64,000 nt of DNA, from positions 3,328,001 through 3,392,000 of the forward strand of contig AP038806.1 in the NCBI GenBank assembly GCA_047150005.1, read 5' to 3'. Below the pieces are notes generated by a model that was given only the letters and a program-made list of their open reading frames with translations, had not been told where the DNA came from and searched no databases. How positions within the stretch are numbered: the stretch's first letter is position 1; each line of letters opens with the position of its first letter. The translations under genes were made by a program, and so were the position numbers. Source of the stretch: Nitrospira sp. Lineage in GTDB: Bacteria; Nitrospirota; Nitrospiria; Nitrospirales; Nitrospiraceae. Shown piece by piece: positions 48,916 through 61,300 of the stretch.

Positions 48916-49533
48916 TTACGGTGCGACATAGCTGCCATACTTTGGCACGGTGTCGCATGGGGCATCAGTTTTATTGGCAGCCTTGCAGAGATTCAACAAT
49001 GCTCCTTGTGCCGCCAAGCGAGCTTCTTTATGTTCTCCCGACTTGCCATAATCGACAGCTAACTGAAGCAGCTGCCTCGAGCGTTCGTTGCCCCCTGGCT
49101 GGCTCAGCGCCTGCTCCAGCTTTGCCGTCGCACTCTGGATGACGGAGACGTCCGAACCCCAGCGCTTTTTGGGATCAGCGGTTGCACGTTTACCCAGCCC
49201 GGGGGTATCGGTCAATTCCACGATTGCATCTTGTGTTAGAGTGATCGCATCTGCCTTTGCATCTGCCATTGATGGTTCCTTGCTCTGTCTGCTCTTCGCT
49301 ATACCGGCAGCGGCGTCGGCCTTTCCCTCCGAAAGCTGCTGCTGACACATTGGCGAAAACTTGTCTATGTTGGCTTCAAAACATTTTTGGATACGCAGGA
49401 AGCCAGGCTCAATCTGCCCGCAGTGCCTCTCCACCTCATCGATACACTGAGGATCTACGCTCTGTGATTGGGCAGGCGTGACAGCAAGGAGAGAAAGGAG
49501 AAACACAGCCAAAAACATCATCTTTGCTTGCAT
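48916..49533 (-). CDS. Secreted protein with a Cys-rich (GLG1-like) repeat
   Basis: GGAGG RBS, signal peptide, C.DEVERHC..IEPG..RI.KC...SPMC. Confidence 0.7.
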   Translation of the reverse strand: MQAKMMFLAVFLLSLLAVTPAQSQSVDPQCIDEVERHCGQIEPGFLRIQKCFEANIDKFSPMCQQQLSEGKADAAAGIAKSRQSKEPSMADAKADAITLTQDAIVELTDTPGLGKRATADPKKRWGSDVSVIQSATAKLEQALSQPGGNERSRQLLQLAVDYGKSGEHKEARLAAQGALLNLCKAANKTDAPCDTVPKYGSYVAP

Positions 49534-50044
49534 TCTCAACCTCCTTCTTGCAGTGAGATCGCGCGAAAGAACACAATGAGCCCATAGGCCGATCAATGGC
49601 CTGGTCGACTTAGGACTAACCTCTGAGCATTCTTTCATCGGCAAAGCAGAGCACCGACGTGTCAAGAAGTCCGTCTCCTGAAGGCAGGAAGCAGCAGGGA
49701 TGACCGCTTCTTCGTTGAAGATGGCAGCCATTCGGAGCAATTCATACCCTCTATACCTCCGTATGTCAATAGCATTCTGCAGCAATGTCGCATGAAAGAT
49801 AGTCAAAGAGGGTGACGCCCAACAGGTCAGCGCCTTGACCCGTATGAATTGTCCAAGCTGCCATTTCAATCACTGCATTGGTGATTCCTCGTCTTCGCAA
49901 CCGTACGGTCGCTCCCCAATGGGCAGCGTCCGTCTCCGTAATGAATCTTGCCTTCTCTAAGATCTCAGCCTGCGCGGTCCCGCTCCGTTCGGCGTTCCAT
50001 TCCTGGAGCAACGTGTACGCGACGTAATACTTATAGATGTTGGC

Positions 50045-50642
50045 GCAGTTCTCCTGTGGCTGGACAACGCCGGTTACAAGGTGACGACGCTGCTGGCCGG
50101 GCTCAGCATCAGCGGCGTGGCCGTCGCCTTGGTCTCTCAAAAGAGCCTGGAGAACATCTTCGGAGCCGTCACGTTGTTCACGGCCAGGCTCGTCAAGGTC
50201 GGGGACATGTGCCGGCTCGGCAGCGAGATGGGAGTGGTTGCGGACTTTGCGAACCTGCATCTCGACAACCTGTCGGAGCGGGATCGGTTCTGGTATCATC
50301 CGGCTCTTGAAGTGCGATACGAAACCACACCGGATCAGATCCGCTACCTGCTGGTGGAGGTCCGGAAGATGCTCTGCGGGCATCCGCAAGTGCTGACGGA
50401 GCCGCTGCGGGTCCGGTTCATCCGGTTCGGTGAATATTCCCTGGACGTCGAGGTCTTCGCCTATCTGGAAGCGGCGAGCTATGACGAATCGCTGGAAATC
50501 GCCGAGGACCTCAACCTTCGGATTATGGATATCGTGAGCGAAGTTGGATCCGATTTTGCCTTTCCGTCGGAGGTGCAATATTCGTTGCCGGGAAGGTTCA
50601 CCACAACGGGCTCAGGCAAGCGTGTGAAGCGGGGAGGGGCAG
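50045..50642 (+). pseudogene. Degenerate partial duplicate of the mscS 3' half
   Basis: Closely similar to about 47740-48542, but lacks the N-terminus, 22 codons (EEIGLRATRIRTLDRTVITVSN) and most of the tail. Confidence 0.85.
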
Positions 50643-50648
50643 TGGAGC

Positions 50649-50664
50649 CTGTCAATTTTGACAG
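50649..50664 (+). promoter_or_regulatory. CTGTCA-N4-TGACAG motif, copy 3
   Basis: CTGTCAATTTTGACAG upstream of the patatin operon. Confidence 0.6.
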
Positions 50665-50723
50665 TTCCTAGCCCCATGGACTTCATGGCACAACTACCCA
50701 CAATCTCAGCCCTAAGGAGCACC

Positions 50724-52121
50724 ATGCATCGATTCTTGAGAGACCTCAGTCTCTGGCACATTCTGTTGACTCTCCTATTCGCTGCCGGTTGCGAATATGT
50801 CCGTCCGACCCTCAACGCCCCATTGGAACAATGGGATCCCAAGGGCGGTTATCGCTTTACGAATGTGGCGCCGCCGGAGTCCGACAACAGCGATAGTTTC
50901 CTGTTCGTGGCCGCGTTTTCCGGAGGAGGCACGCGCGCTTCTACCTTGGCGTTTGGCGCCTTGCGCGAGCTGGCTCAGCAGGAGATTGTGTGGGAAGGCA
51001 AGAGGAAGCGCCTCCTCGATGAGATCGATCTCATTCACGCCCTGTCCGGCGGAACCTTTACCGGCGGCTATTATGCCCTCTACCGCGATCGGATCTTCCA
51101 CGACTTTGAGTACCGTTTCCTTCGCAAGAACTGGGAATCCGAACTGAAGGCCCGAGTGTTCAAGTCCCCCAGCAATTGGATCCGCCTCTGGTCGCCCTAT
51201 TTCGGACGCGCCCACCTGATGTCCGAACTTCTGGATGAAGCTCTTTTCGATCACAAGACCTATGGAGATCTGGCAGCGCTGCGGCAACGGCCCATGTTGA
51301 TCATCCATGCGTCGGATATGGCTACGCTGGCGCGGTTTGAATTCACGCAATTCCAGTTCGATATTATCTGTTCCGATCTCGGCCAGCTGCCTATTGCCGA
51401 TGCTTCTGCCGCCTCGGCCGCGCTTCCCCTCGTGCTTAGTCCGATCTCGTTGAAGAACTACGCGAATAACTGCAAGTATGAGGTGCCAGGATGGTTGGAG
51501 GAGGCCAAGAGGCGAGGCAAAATCGGAGGTCAACGGGCTAACGAGTTGCTCTCTTATCTGGACGTCAAGAAACGTCCCTACATCCACTTGCTCGATGGCG
51601 GTCTGTCGGACAATCTCGCGCTGCGGGGACTCATTGAAAACAGCGGCTTGCAGGGAGGGTTTGCAAAGCTGTTGGTTATGGCCGGTGTGAAGAATATCAA
51701 AAAATTGGTCATTCTGACCGTGAATGCGGAGACGTCTCCGGATGTGATGGAATTCCGCAGCGATCATGTTCCGGTCATTTCCAAGGCCATGAGCTCATTG
51801 GTCGATATTCCGATCAATCGATATTCGTTCGATACCACCACCCTCATCAAGATGGGCGTGGAAAAATGGCGGACGGAACTCCAGCTCAAACCGCGTCCTC
51901 CAGGGAGTCCTTTCGCCGAAGACGCCGACATCTATTTCATCAATGCCAGCTTAAATGAGATCGAGGATCCGGACGAGCGCATCGCCATGATGAAGATTCC
52001 CACGACGTTGTATCTGACGGACGACCAGATCGACCGGCTGGTGACGACGGCCGCGAAGCTGATCCGAAACGACAAGGAGTTTCAGCGTTTGATGAAGGAC
52101 GTGGAAGCGCCGCCTCCATAA
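50724..52121 (+). CDS. Patatin-like phospholipase lipoprotein
   Basis: AAGC lipobox, SGGGTRA, ALSGG nucleophile elbow, LDGG; AAGGAG RBS. Confidence 0.85.
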   Translation: MHRFLRDLSLWHILLTLLFAAGCEYVRPTLNAPLEQWDPKGGYRFTNVAPPESDNSDSFLFVAAFSGGGTRASTLAFGALRELAQQEIVWEGKRKRLLDEIDLIHALSGGTFTGGYYALYRDRIFHDFEYRFLRKNWESELKARVFKSPSNWIRLWSPYFGRAHLMSELLDEALFDHKTYGDLAALRQRPMLIIHASDMATLARFEFTQFQFDIICSDLGQLPIADASAASAALPLVLSPISLKNYANNCKYEVPGWLEEAKRRGKIGGQRANELLSYLDVKKRPYIHLLDGGLSDNLALRGLIENSGLQGGFAKLLVMAGVKNIKKLVILTVNAETSPDVMEFRSDHVPVISKAMSSLVDIPINRYSFDTTTLIKMGVEKWRTELQLKPRPPGSPFAEDADIYFINASLNEIEDPDERIAMMKIPTTLYLTDDQIDRLVTTAAKLIRNDKEFQRLMKDVEAPPP

Positions 52122-52138
52122 CGGGAAAGAGGCCTGTC

Positions 52139-53455
52139 GTGAGCATGGGGCTCCGCTTCGTCACCCGGTGGACTGTGCTGGGCTGCGGCCTGATCGCACT
52201 ACACGCCTGGCATGCCCCGGCCGCTCGGGCCGGCGGTCTTTCCCTGTATGAAATTGCCACCGCGGACGTCGGCCTCGCCAGTGCCGGCTGGGCGTCTCGC
52301 GCCCAGGATCCGGCCACGTTGCTGAAGAATCCCGCCGGCATGAGCCGGCTGACGGGCAATCAGTTTCAGGCCGGTGCGCAGCTGTTGCAGGCCGGCATCG
52401 GGTTCAGCCCCTCGGCCGGAACGACCGTGGACGGCAACAGCGGTGGCAATCCGGTGGGCGTGCTTCCGAGCGTGAGCATGTTCTATGTCCACGGCCTAGG
52501 CGAGGACGTGAAGGTGGGACTCGGCGTCTTTTCGAACTTCGGCCTTGGTATGAGCTACAACTCCGGATGGGTCGGTCGCTACTATGCGCTTGAAAATACG
52601 CTGATCGGCGTCAGCATGATGCCGGGGCTGAGCTATCGCATCAACGAGAAGCTGTCGATCGGCGCCGCGGCGAACGTCATGATCGGCTACCTGAACTACA
52701 GCACCGCCGTCAACAATCGCGCATTCCTCAACGTGCCGGACGGAAACATGCAGATGACGGACACGACGGTCGGGGCCGGCGGCAATGTCGGGCTGCTCTT
52801 CGAACCTCGAAAGGGCACCAGGTTCGGCATCACCTATTATTCTCAGATCAAGCTCGACTTCGGAGCCACCCCCACGTTCACCAACCTGACCGGTCCCCTG
52901 GGAACGGCGCTCCAGAACAACGGCCTGTTGAACCGCACGCTCGATCTCGGGATGACGGTCCCGCAATCGGTCATGGTGAGTTCCTATCACGAATTTACGG
53001 ACCATTGGGCGATGATGCTGGATTTCGGCTGGCAGGATTGGAGCCAGTTCGGCAAGGTGGACGTCGGCGTCACCGGTGGCAATGCCGATCCGAGTCTGAC
53101 CACCAGCATCAATTATCAAGATACCTTTCACGTGGCGCTGGGAAACCGCTATCGGGTGACGGAGGCCTGGCTCATCAACAGCGGGTTCGCCTGGGACAGC
53201 TCCATGCTCAAAAACCAGGACCGCACCGTGACCCTCCCGATCGGCCAGCAGTTCCGGTTCGGGCTTGGTGCCGAATGGCAAGCCAATCCCAAGCTGAATG
53301 TGGCGTTCAGCTATGAACTGGCCTACGGCGGCGACTTGCCGGTGAATCAGAATCGAGGTCCCTTGGCCGGCGCCGTGGTCGGGCAATTTCCCGGAACCTA
53401 TATCAATTTCTTCCAGGTGAGCTTCATCTGGGGCAAGGGGGCGGGCGGAGCATGA
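52139..53455 (+). CDS. FadL/OmpP1/TodX outer-membrane hydrophobic-compound transporter
   Basis: GGLSLYE, NPAGMSRL hatch motif, beta-barrel pattern. Confidence 0.88.
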   Translation: MSMGLRFVTRWTVLGCGLIALHAWHAPAARAGGLSLYEIATADVGLASAGWASRAQDPATLLKNPAGMSRLTGNQFQAGAQLLQAGIGFSPSAGTTVDGNSGGNPVGVLPSVSMFYVHGLGEDVKVGLGVFSNFGLGMSYNSGWVGRYYALENTLIGVSMMPGLSYRINEKLSIGAAANVMIGYLNYSTAVNNRAFLNVPDGNMQMTDTTVGAGGNVGLLFEPRKGTRFGITYYSQIKLDFGATPTFTNLTGPLGTALQNNGLLNRTLDLGMTVPQSVMVSSYHEFTDHWAMMLDFGWQDWSQFGKVDVGVTGGNADPSLTTSINYQDTFHVALGNRYRVTEAWLINSGFAWDSSMLKNQDRTVTLPIGQQFRFGLGAEWQANPKLNVAFSYELAYGGDLPVNQNRGPLAGAVVGQFPGTYINFFQVSFIWGKGAGGA

Positions 53456-53518
53456 ACGGAGCACACGTCGATCCGATTCAGCGCGGGACGCGACGGCAAG
53501 ACGCGAGAGCCGGGTGGC

Positions 53519-54295
53519 ATGAGTTATAACACCGGCACGGAGCTGCTGCTCATCGGCCTCTTTGCCGGGATGATGATCGCGCTCATAATCGGGCAACGTC
53601 TCGGCCGCCGGGACCAGACTGAGACCACGGACTCGACGCTCTTACGGCTGACTGCGGTGGAGGCGGCTATTTTCGGCCTGATGGGTTTGATGATCGCGTT
53701 CACATTCTCCGGGGCCGCGGACCGATACGAAATGCGGCGGCAGCTGGTCGTGGAGGAAGCCAATACCATCGAGACCTCCTACCTGCGCCTGGACCTGCTG
53801 CCTCCTGCCAGACAACCGGCGTTGCGCGACCAATACCGACGGTATCTGGAAGCGCGGCTCGGTGTCTATCAAGCTCTGCCCGATCTTGAGGCCTAGGCTG
53901 TGCAGACAGCCAAGGCGACCGCGCTGCAGCGGGAAATCTGGACCGGGACGGTCGCTGCTCTTAGCGAGGTGGTGCCTGAAGTGATGGATATCGTGCTTCC
54001 CCCGGTCAATCAGATGAGCGAGATCGCGACCAGCCGCAGCATTGCGGCGCTGACGCACACCCCAAAGCTCATCATGATCATGTTGCTGCTGCTGAGCCTT
54101 GTCTGCTCACTGTTGGCGGGCTACGTCATTGCCGGCACCCAGACGCGTCAGGTGGGGCTTCACCTGCTCGCGTTTGCGCTGGTGATGACGGCGACCATCT
54201 ATCTGATCGTCGCTCTGGACTATCCGCGCTACGGTGTGATTCGAGTCGATTTTGTGCATCAAGCGCTGCTGGATGTGTTGGCCGGCATGAAGTGA
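53519..54295 (+). pseudogene. DUF4239-like membrane protein interrupted by an in-frame TAG at 53894-53896
   Basis: IFGLMGLMIAFTF, EEANTIETSYLR and LDYPRYG are in the same frame on both sides of a single stop. Confidence 0.75.
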
Positions 54296-54337
54296 CGCGC
54301 CGGCCAATAGAGAATGAACAGAAAGGGGGGAGCTGCG

Positions 54338-56800
<2,463 letters not shown>

Positions 56801-56825
56801 ACGGAGCATGGAAGAGCGAGGTCGT

Positions 56826-57263
56826 ATGAATCAATATCGCGATGTGCCACAGGCACGGCGGTTCCTGTCCGGCCTACTCCTCCTGGCAGCGCTGAGCGGA
56901 TGCTCACATGAACCGGTTCACTACGAGTCGAGCTGGCCGATGGTGCCGATACAGGATCTCAACACGGTTGTCGGCGAATGGCGAGGCGTCGTCATGAAGG
57001 AACGCCGGGTCTTGCCTGCGGGAGAGGTCACGCTGACGATCCGGGACAACGGGACGTACTACTTCGTCGGTCAGACCGCCTCCGATACGGTCCTCGGTAC
57101 CGGGAAGATCGGAGTCCGGGACGGCCGCTTGGAGGGAGGCTCCGATCTCCGAACTTTCTCCGGTACCCTCCACGACAAGAAGGGAAAGCCGCTCCTCTTC
57201 ATTCAGGCGGCCAACCGGCAGACGGGAGACCGTTTTCACGGGGAGTTGATGAGAACCGAATGA
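56826..57263 (+). CDS. Hypothetical lipoprotein
   Basis: LSGC lipobox; VVGEWRG. Confidence 0.7.
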   Translation: MNQYRDVPQARRFLSGLLLLAALSGCSHEPVHYESSWPMVPIQDLNTVVGEWRGVVMKERRVLPAGEVTLTIRDNGTYYFVGQTASDTVLGTGKIGVRDGRLEGGSDLRTFSGTLHDKKGKPLLFIQAANRQTGDRFHGELMRTE

Positions 57264-57477
57264 TCGCCAGGAGGGTGACGACAGGTCATGACAAGCTTCA
57301 GAAGGCCTGGCGCGCCGGTTACGGCTGGGGAGCGAGGTATGGCGGTGGAGGCACCGCCGCCGGAAATCTTGATCTGGCAGACCGGGCGATCGCAAGGGCA
57401 TTCCGGAACTATCCTCCTCGGCGACAGGCTCCGTAGGGGTGCCATAGAGAGCCGGAGAGAGTTTCAAGGAGACGACG

Positions 57478-58311
57478 ATGATTGAGTGTCGGTTGCGGGC
57501 GAGACGTGCGGCCTGGTGCGGAATGCTGATCATGGTCGGATGGGCATGCTCGGTGGTGCTGCCGCCGGCCGTCTCGGCCCAGTCCTCGCCGCCACCCCCC
57601 ACGGAGCAGGGGCGGATGAGGCAGTCGGCTCAGGCGGTCGCGCCTGAGCCGGAAAAACACTCTGAAGTCATTCGCATGCGACCCACTGAAGGGTACATTG
57701 CCGGGTTCGGAGGCTATACGTTCGGGGGAAAATTCAATACCGACGGCATCGGCAATCTGGCCGGCGAAAGCTTCGGCAATCGCAATCTTGCCGACTCCGG
57801 AGTCTATGGTGCCAAGGCCGGAGGATTCTTCGCCGATGAATTGAGTTGGTTCGGCGTGGAAATCGAAGCCTTCAATACGACGCCCAATATTCAGCAGCAG
57901 GGTGCCGCGCCGGGGAGTTACATGCGCGTCACGACATTGGCGGTCAATGCGATCGTCCGGGCGCAGTTCTCGTGCACCACGACGATCGATCACACGGAAC
58001 AAGTGACCCGTCGAGTCGAGATGCGCTACGAGCGGGAATTCTGCCGGTTGCAGCCGTACGCCGGGGTCGGGCTCGGCATCAATTGGACCTATATCCAGAA
58101 CAGCAACTTTACCGCTCGCGATAACTTTGTTCCAGGTCTCAACGTCCTTGGCGGGCTGCGCTACTACGTGACCGAGCGGATCGGCATCTTTGCCGAATAC
58201 AAGTACAACCGGGCGACCTTCGATTTCGTCGCCGGTACCGGGCCGCTGACCGGCTTTCAAGGCACCTACAGTATCAACCACATCGTCGGCGGAATCTCCT
58301 ACCATTATTGA
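57478..58311 (+). CDS. OmpA-like 8-stranded outer-membrane beta-barrel
   Basis: QPYAGVGLG, GGLRYY, FAEYKY, terminal ISYHY. Confidence 0.8.
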   Translation: MIECRLRARRAAWCGMLIMVGWACSVVLPPAVSAQSSPPPPTEQGRMRQSAQAVAPEPEKHSEVIRMRPTEGYIAGFGGYTFGGKFNTDGIGNLAGESFGNRNLADSGVYGAKAGGFFADELSWFGVEIEAFNTTPNIQQQGAAPGSYMRVTTLAVNAIVRAQFSCTTTIDHTEQVTRRVEMRYEREFCRLQPYAGVGLGINWTYIQNSNFTARDNFVPGLNVLGGLRYYVTERIGIFAEYKYNRATFDFVAGTGPLTGFQGTYSINHIVGGISYHY

Positions 58312-58382
58312 AGCGACAGGTCCGTCTCAGATCCGTCTATTGTTGCGCCTCCGATATCCTGTGCCGTAGAGTGCCGACTGCT

Positions 58383-61300
58383 ATGACAGGGGCCCGTTCC
58401 ACCCGCCGCTATCCAAACCTCCGCAGCATCGGCTACGTCCTGTTCGGATCGGGCCTGTGTCTGATCCTCTTCGTGCTGTATCTTCAGACAACGCATGCCT
58501 TCACGCACGTGATTGTCCCTCTCGTGGACAGCCTGCTCCCTGGGGACCTTCACGCGGAGAACGGATCGTTGACGCTGCCCGCCGCAGTCGACGTCACGGG
58601 TCTTTCATACCAAGAGCCCGACATCGGTCTGGCATTGAACGTGGGCCGGCTTCACCTCAGTTTGTCCGCCATGAGGTCCCTTCGCGAACGATTGCTGTTC
58701 ATCGACGACGTGATGATCGATCACGCGGAAATCGGCATCGCCGTGACCCAGAAGGACAGTGGAGCAGCCGCGGACGCCTCCTCCTCGGACATCCCGCTTC
58801 GCTGGGTCGTTCGCCGCGGACACATGAACGAGGGTACCCTCTTCGTCAAAACGGACCACAAGGACGTCGCGGTCACGGACGTGCAGGGGACGGTGGAGGA
58901 CATCGGGTCGGGGCGAAGCGGGACCATCGATGGGCAAGGGGAGGTCGCCGTCTTGCAACAGACGAGCGGGAGTCGCTGGGCGGGAAGAATGGTCGTGACT
59001 GGTTCGGTTCGACAGGATCCGAACGGGAGGCGGATCGAATGGGACGCGGCCAATGAGGTGATTGTTCGAGAGTCACCACCGAGCGCGAGCGGAATGCTGT
59101 CGGGGATCCTCTCGTTCGACCAGCGAGTCACCGGCAGCTACGACCTCATGGACGCGGCCCTGCAGGCCGAGGTGGTTGTCACCGCCCGGCTGGGACAGCG
59201 TCGCCTCGTTGATGCGTCCGTGACGCTGCGGAGGACCGGGGCGGGGGAAGGAGCGGAAACGGATCTCGGAGTGAGGATTCACGAGGTCACGGAGCACGCG
59301 CTCAATCTCCTGATGGACGAGCAACAGGCCTTTCGCCTTCGCGCCTCGCATGTCGGCGGATATATCGATGTCCACGCCGTGGGATCTCGTTATGCGGTTC
59401 GCTCGGTACTCGCCGGGGAGAAACTGCAGGTGATGGTCGACCGGACCGTCACGCCTCCGTTGGATATCGACCTGGCCCAGACCGGAACGTTCGACAGTGA
59501 GTCCCGCGACCTGATGTTGGAGATTTTTGATATGCACGTGGCAGACCAGCGCAAGATCTGGCTGACGGGAGAACTGACCCGGACCCTGACGTTCAAGCTC
59601 GGTGCCGGCCATGCCGAACGAGAGGACCTGGAACCGTCGAATCCATCTCAGACTGATTGGGCGATCAAAGTCAACGATCTGAGCGTCACCGACCTGCGCC
59701 GTTGGTTTGATGCATTCCGTTGGAAAGGATTGGACGGTCTGCGAGCGGGACGGGTGGGAGGGGTCATGACGGCGTCCGGGCGGAGCAGTGGGAAAGCGGT
59801 GGACCTCTCCCTCCGGTTGAGCGTCTCGGATCTTGTCATGGACGCCGAAGGCGCCGAGCTGGGGCCGCCGGTGACGTTCGAGCATGTCGCCCGCGGGACA
59901 TTGACGGATTTCACCCAGCTCAGAATTTCATCGTTCGTGACGACGGCGTCGGTCTCCGGTGAACGATCCAAAGGGACGTTGGAATGTGCCGGGACGATCA
60001 ATCTGTCCGACCCGGCAACGGATCTCGACCTGCGGGGCTCGCTCGTGCTGAACGATCTGCACGCGGGCGCGCTTAATCCCTTGCTGGCTCGGTGGACCAT
60101 GGCCGGTTTCAACCATGGTCATTTCAACGGGACCGCGCAGGCTTCGATGACCGGAGCGTGGTTCAAGTGGGAAATCGATCTCCGGGGTCGTCAGATCGGT
60201 CTCCATCTCCCGAAGAAACCCCGCCCGACTCTTCCGGTGGATGTAGTAGTCAGGCAAGCAGGGCATGTCGACAGAACGGGCCGTGTGCTCCAGATCGATA
60301 AGGCCGTCCTTCAAACGGTTCAACAATCCCGTCCGATCCTGACGGCGGTCTTGGATCATCCGATTCATGTGGCGTTGAGTCGAACGGAACGGAGCCGTGC
60401 AACCGCGCGAGAGGACGGCCCATTGGCCACGCTGGGGATCGAAATCCATCAATTGGACATCGAGCAGCTCAAGCCGCGTCTCGAATTCCTGAAGCTCGCG
60501 GTCCTGGAGCAGATCACAAGCGGATTCGTCAATGCGCGGCTGACGATCCGCTGGTGGGGGGACACGGAGCCTCTGACCATCGGTGGAAACCTTGATCTCG
60601 AACGCGTGACCGTCGACGCACATGTCGCGCGGATCAGCAAGCCCCTGACATTGCGTAACCGAATCGAGGTCACCGTGACGGACTCATCCCTCGTCGAACT
60701 GACGACCTGGAACCTGCGTGCGCTGGACGGCGCCGTCGCCATCGCCGAGGCGCGAGTCAGCGGCACGACCGACTTGGCCGAGGGAACGATGGATCTCAGC
60801 ACGCGGTTCAGCACGGGGAATGTCACGCAGTTCCTGATCCGGATCGGCCTGCTCGACAAGCCGACACTCACATTGATGGCCGGCGGTGTCGTCACAGCCG
60901 AGGTGCGGGCATCGAGTCAGGTCGGTGGTTCCCCCCTCTCCCTACGGATCGGCATCCGATCCCGCAATCTTCGGCTTAAACCGCTTCCCAAGCACGTCAT
61001 GACCTACGACGTCGACGTGAGAGGTACGGTGGAAGTGAACGGACCCAGGACGGCCGTAACGCTGGATCCACTGGCATTGACATTGACGCATGCGGCGAAG
61101 GAGGCGGGCACGATAACGGTGTGGGGGCACTGGCCGATCGTCGCATCCGAATCCGAAGCGACGGCCCGCATCGTCGTCAAAAATCTGGACTGTGGGCCCG
61201 GCCTCGACCTGTACGGAGCGCTGCCCGGGCGCCATGCCGGTCGGTTCCCGCTGAACGCCGATCTGAGGGCCGCCCTCGACATGCGGAAGGGGAACGTGAC

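Noticed and set aside
49665..49705. SRP RNA-like AGGAAGCAGC sequence
   Set aside because: It lacks the upstream CAGG and GNRA tetraloop geometry and the long closing helix.
53894..53896. Pyrrolysine recoding
   Set aside because: No pyl genes in the window and no catalytic context.
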